Source: Candidatus Iainarchaeum sp. (GTDB taxonomy: Archaea > Iainarchaeota > Iainarchaeia > Iainarchaeales > VGJJ01). Taken from it: a stretch of DNA of 32,000 bases. Of the stretch, positions 31,997-32,000 are shown one piece after another. The stretch is from positions 120,001-152,000 of the forward strand of contig JAUYHT010000002.1 of assembly GCA_030688545.1 (NCBI GenBank). The letters are read 5' to 3'. Within the stretch, counting starts at the first letter, position 1. Every line of letters starts with the position of its first letter. Position numbers and translations under genes: made by a program. The notes beneath the pieces are model-generated. The model did no database searches. It was given only the letters and a program-made list of their open reading frames with translations, and was not told the origin of the DNA.

Positions 31997-32000
31997 GGCT

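Overview
This is a gene-dense chromosomal segment of an archaeon. The archaeal assignment rests on TFB, ribosomal protein L35Ae, archaeal-type TyrRS, PheRS alpha/beta, CysRS, FtsZ, ScpB, RNase HII, EndoIII, PolX and two class-II tRNAs (Ser-GCU, Leu-CAA). TATA-like boxes about 27 nt upstream of ATGs (leaderless style) occur alongside GGTG/GGAGG Shine-Dalgarno-like motifs. Several accessory genes look bacterial in type: a Ser/Lys signal peptidase I, peptidase E, bacilliredoxin and DUF1289. This would fit a small-genome uncultured (DPANN-like) archaeon, but that lineage guess is inference only. All family calls come from motifs read in the translated ORFs; no database search was possible. The most unusual observations are listed here. 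(1) A 404-bp non-coding gap (10435-10838) holds four tandem units, each a perfect but sequence-divergent hairpin followed by a conserved block, a candidate undescribed structured-RNA array. (2) The tRNA-Ser 5' end is duplicated exactly (20 nt), and near-identical palindromes bracket a tRNA-bounded 4-kb block of bacterial-type genes. (3) A RelE/Gp49-like toxin-like gene converges on and overlaps an unannotated 49-aa ORF that has a paralogue elsewhere in the window. (4) nth, a degenerate CYTH-like gene and polX form an apparent operon. (5) A bacterial-type signal peptidase lies directly upstream of a Cys-rich secreted cargo. (6) A tail-less OB-fold SSB is followed by a separate 46-aa hyper-acidic ORF. 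(7) A roughly 20-nt motif, CCCTRAAGGG..GTATCC, recurs in pairs in intergenic DNA. No CRISPR array, rRNA, transposase or integrase was seen.
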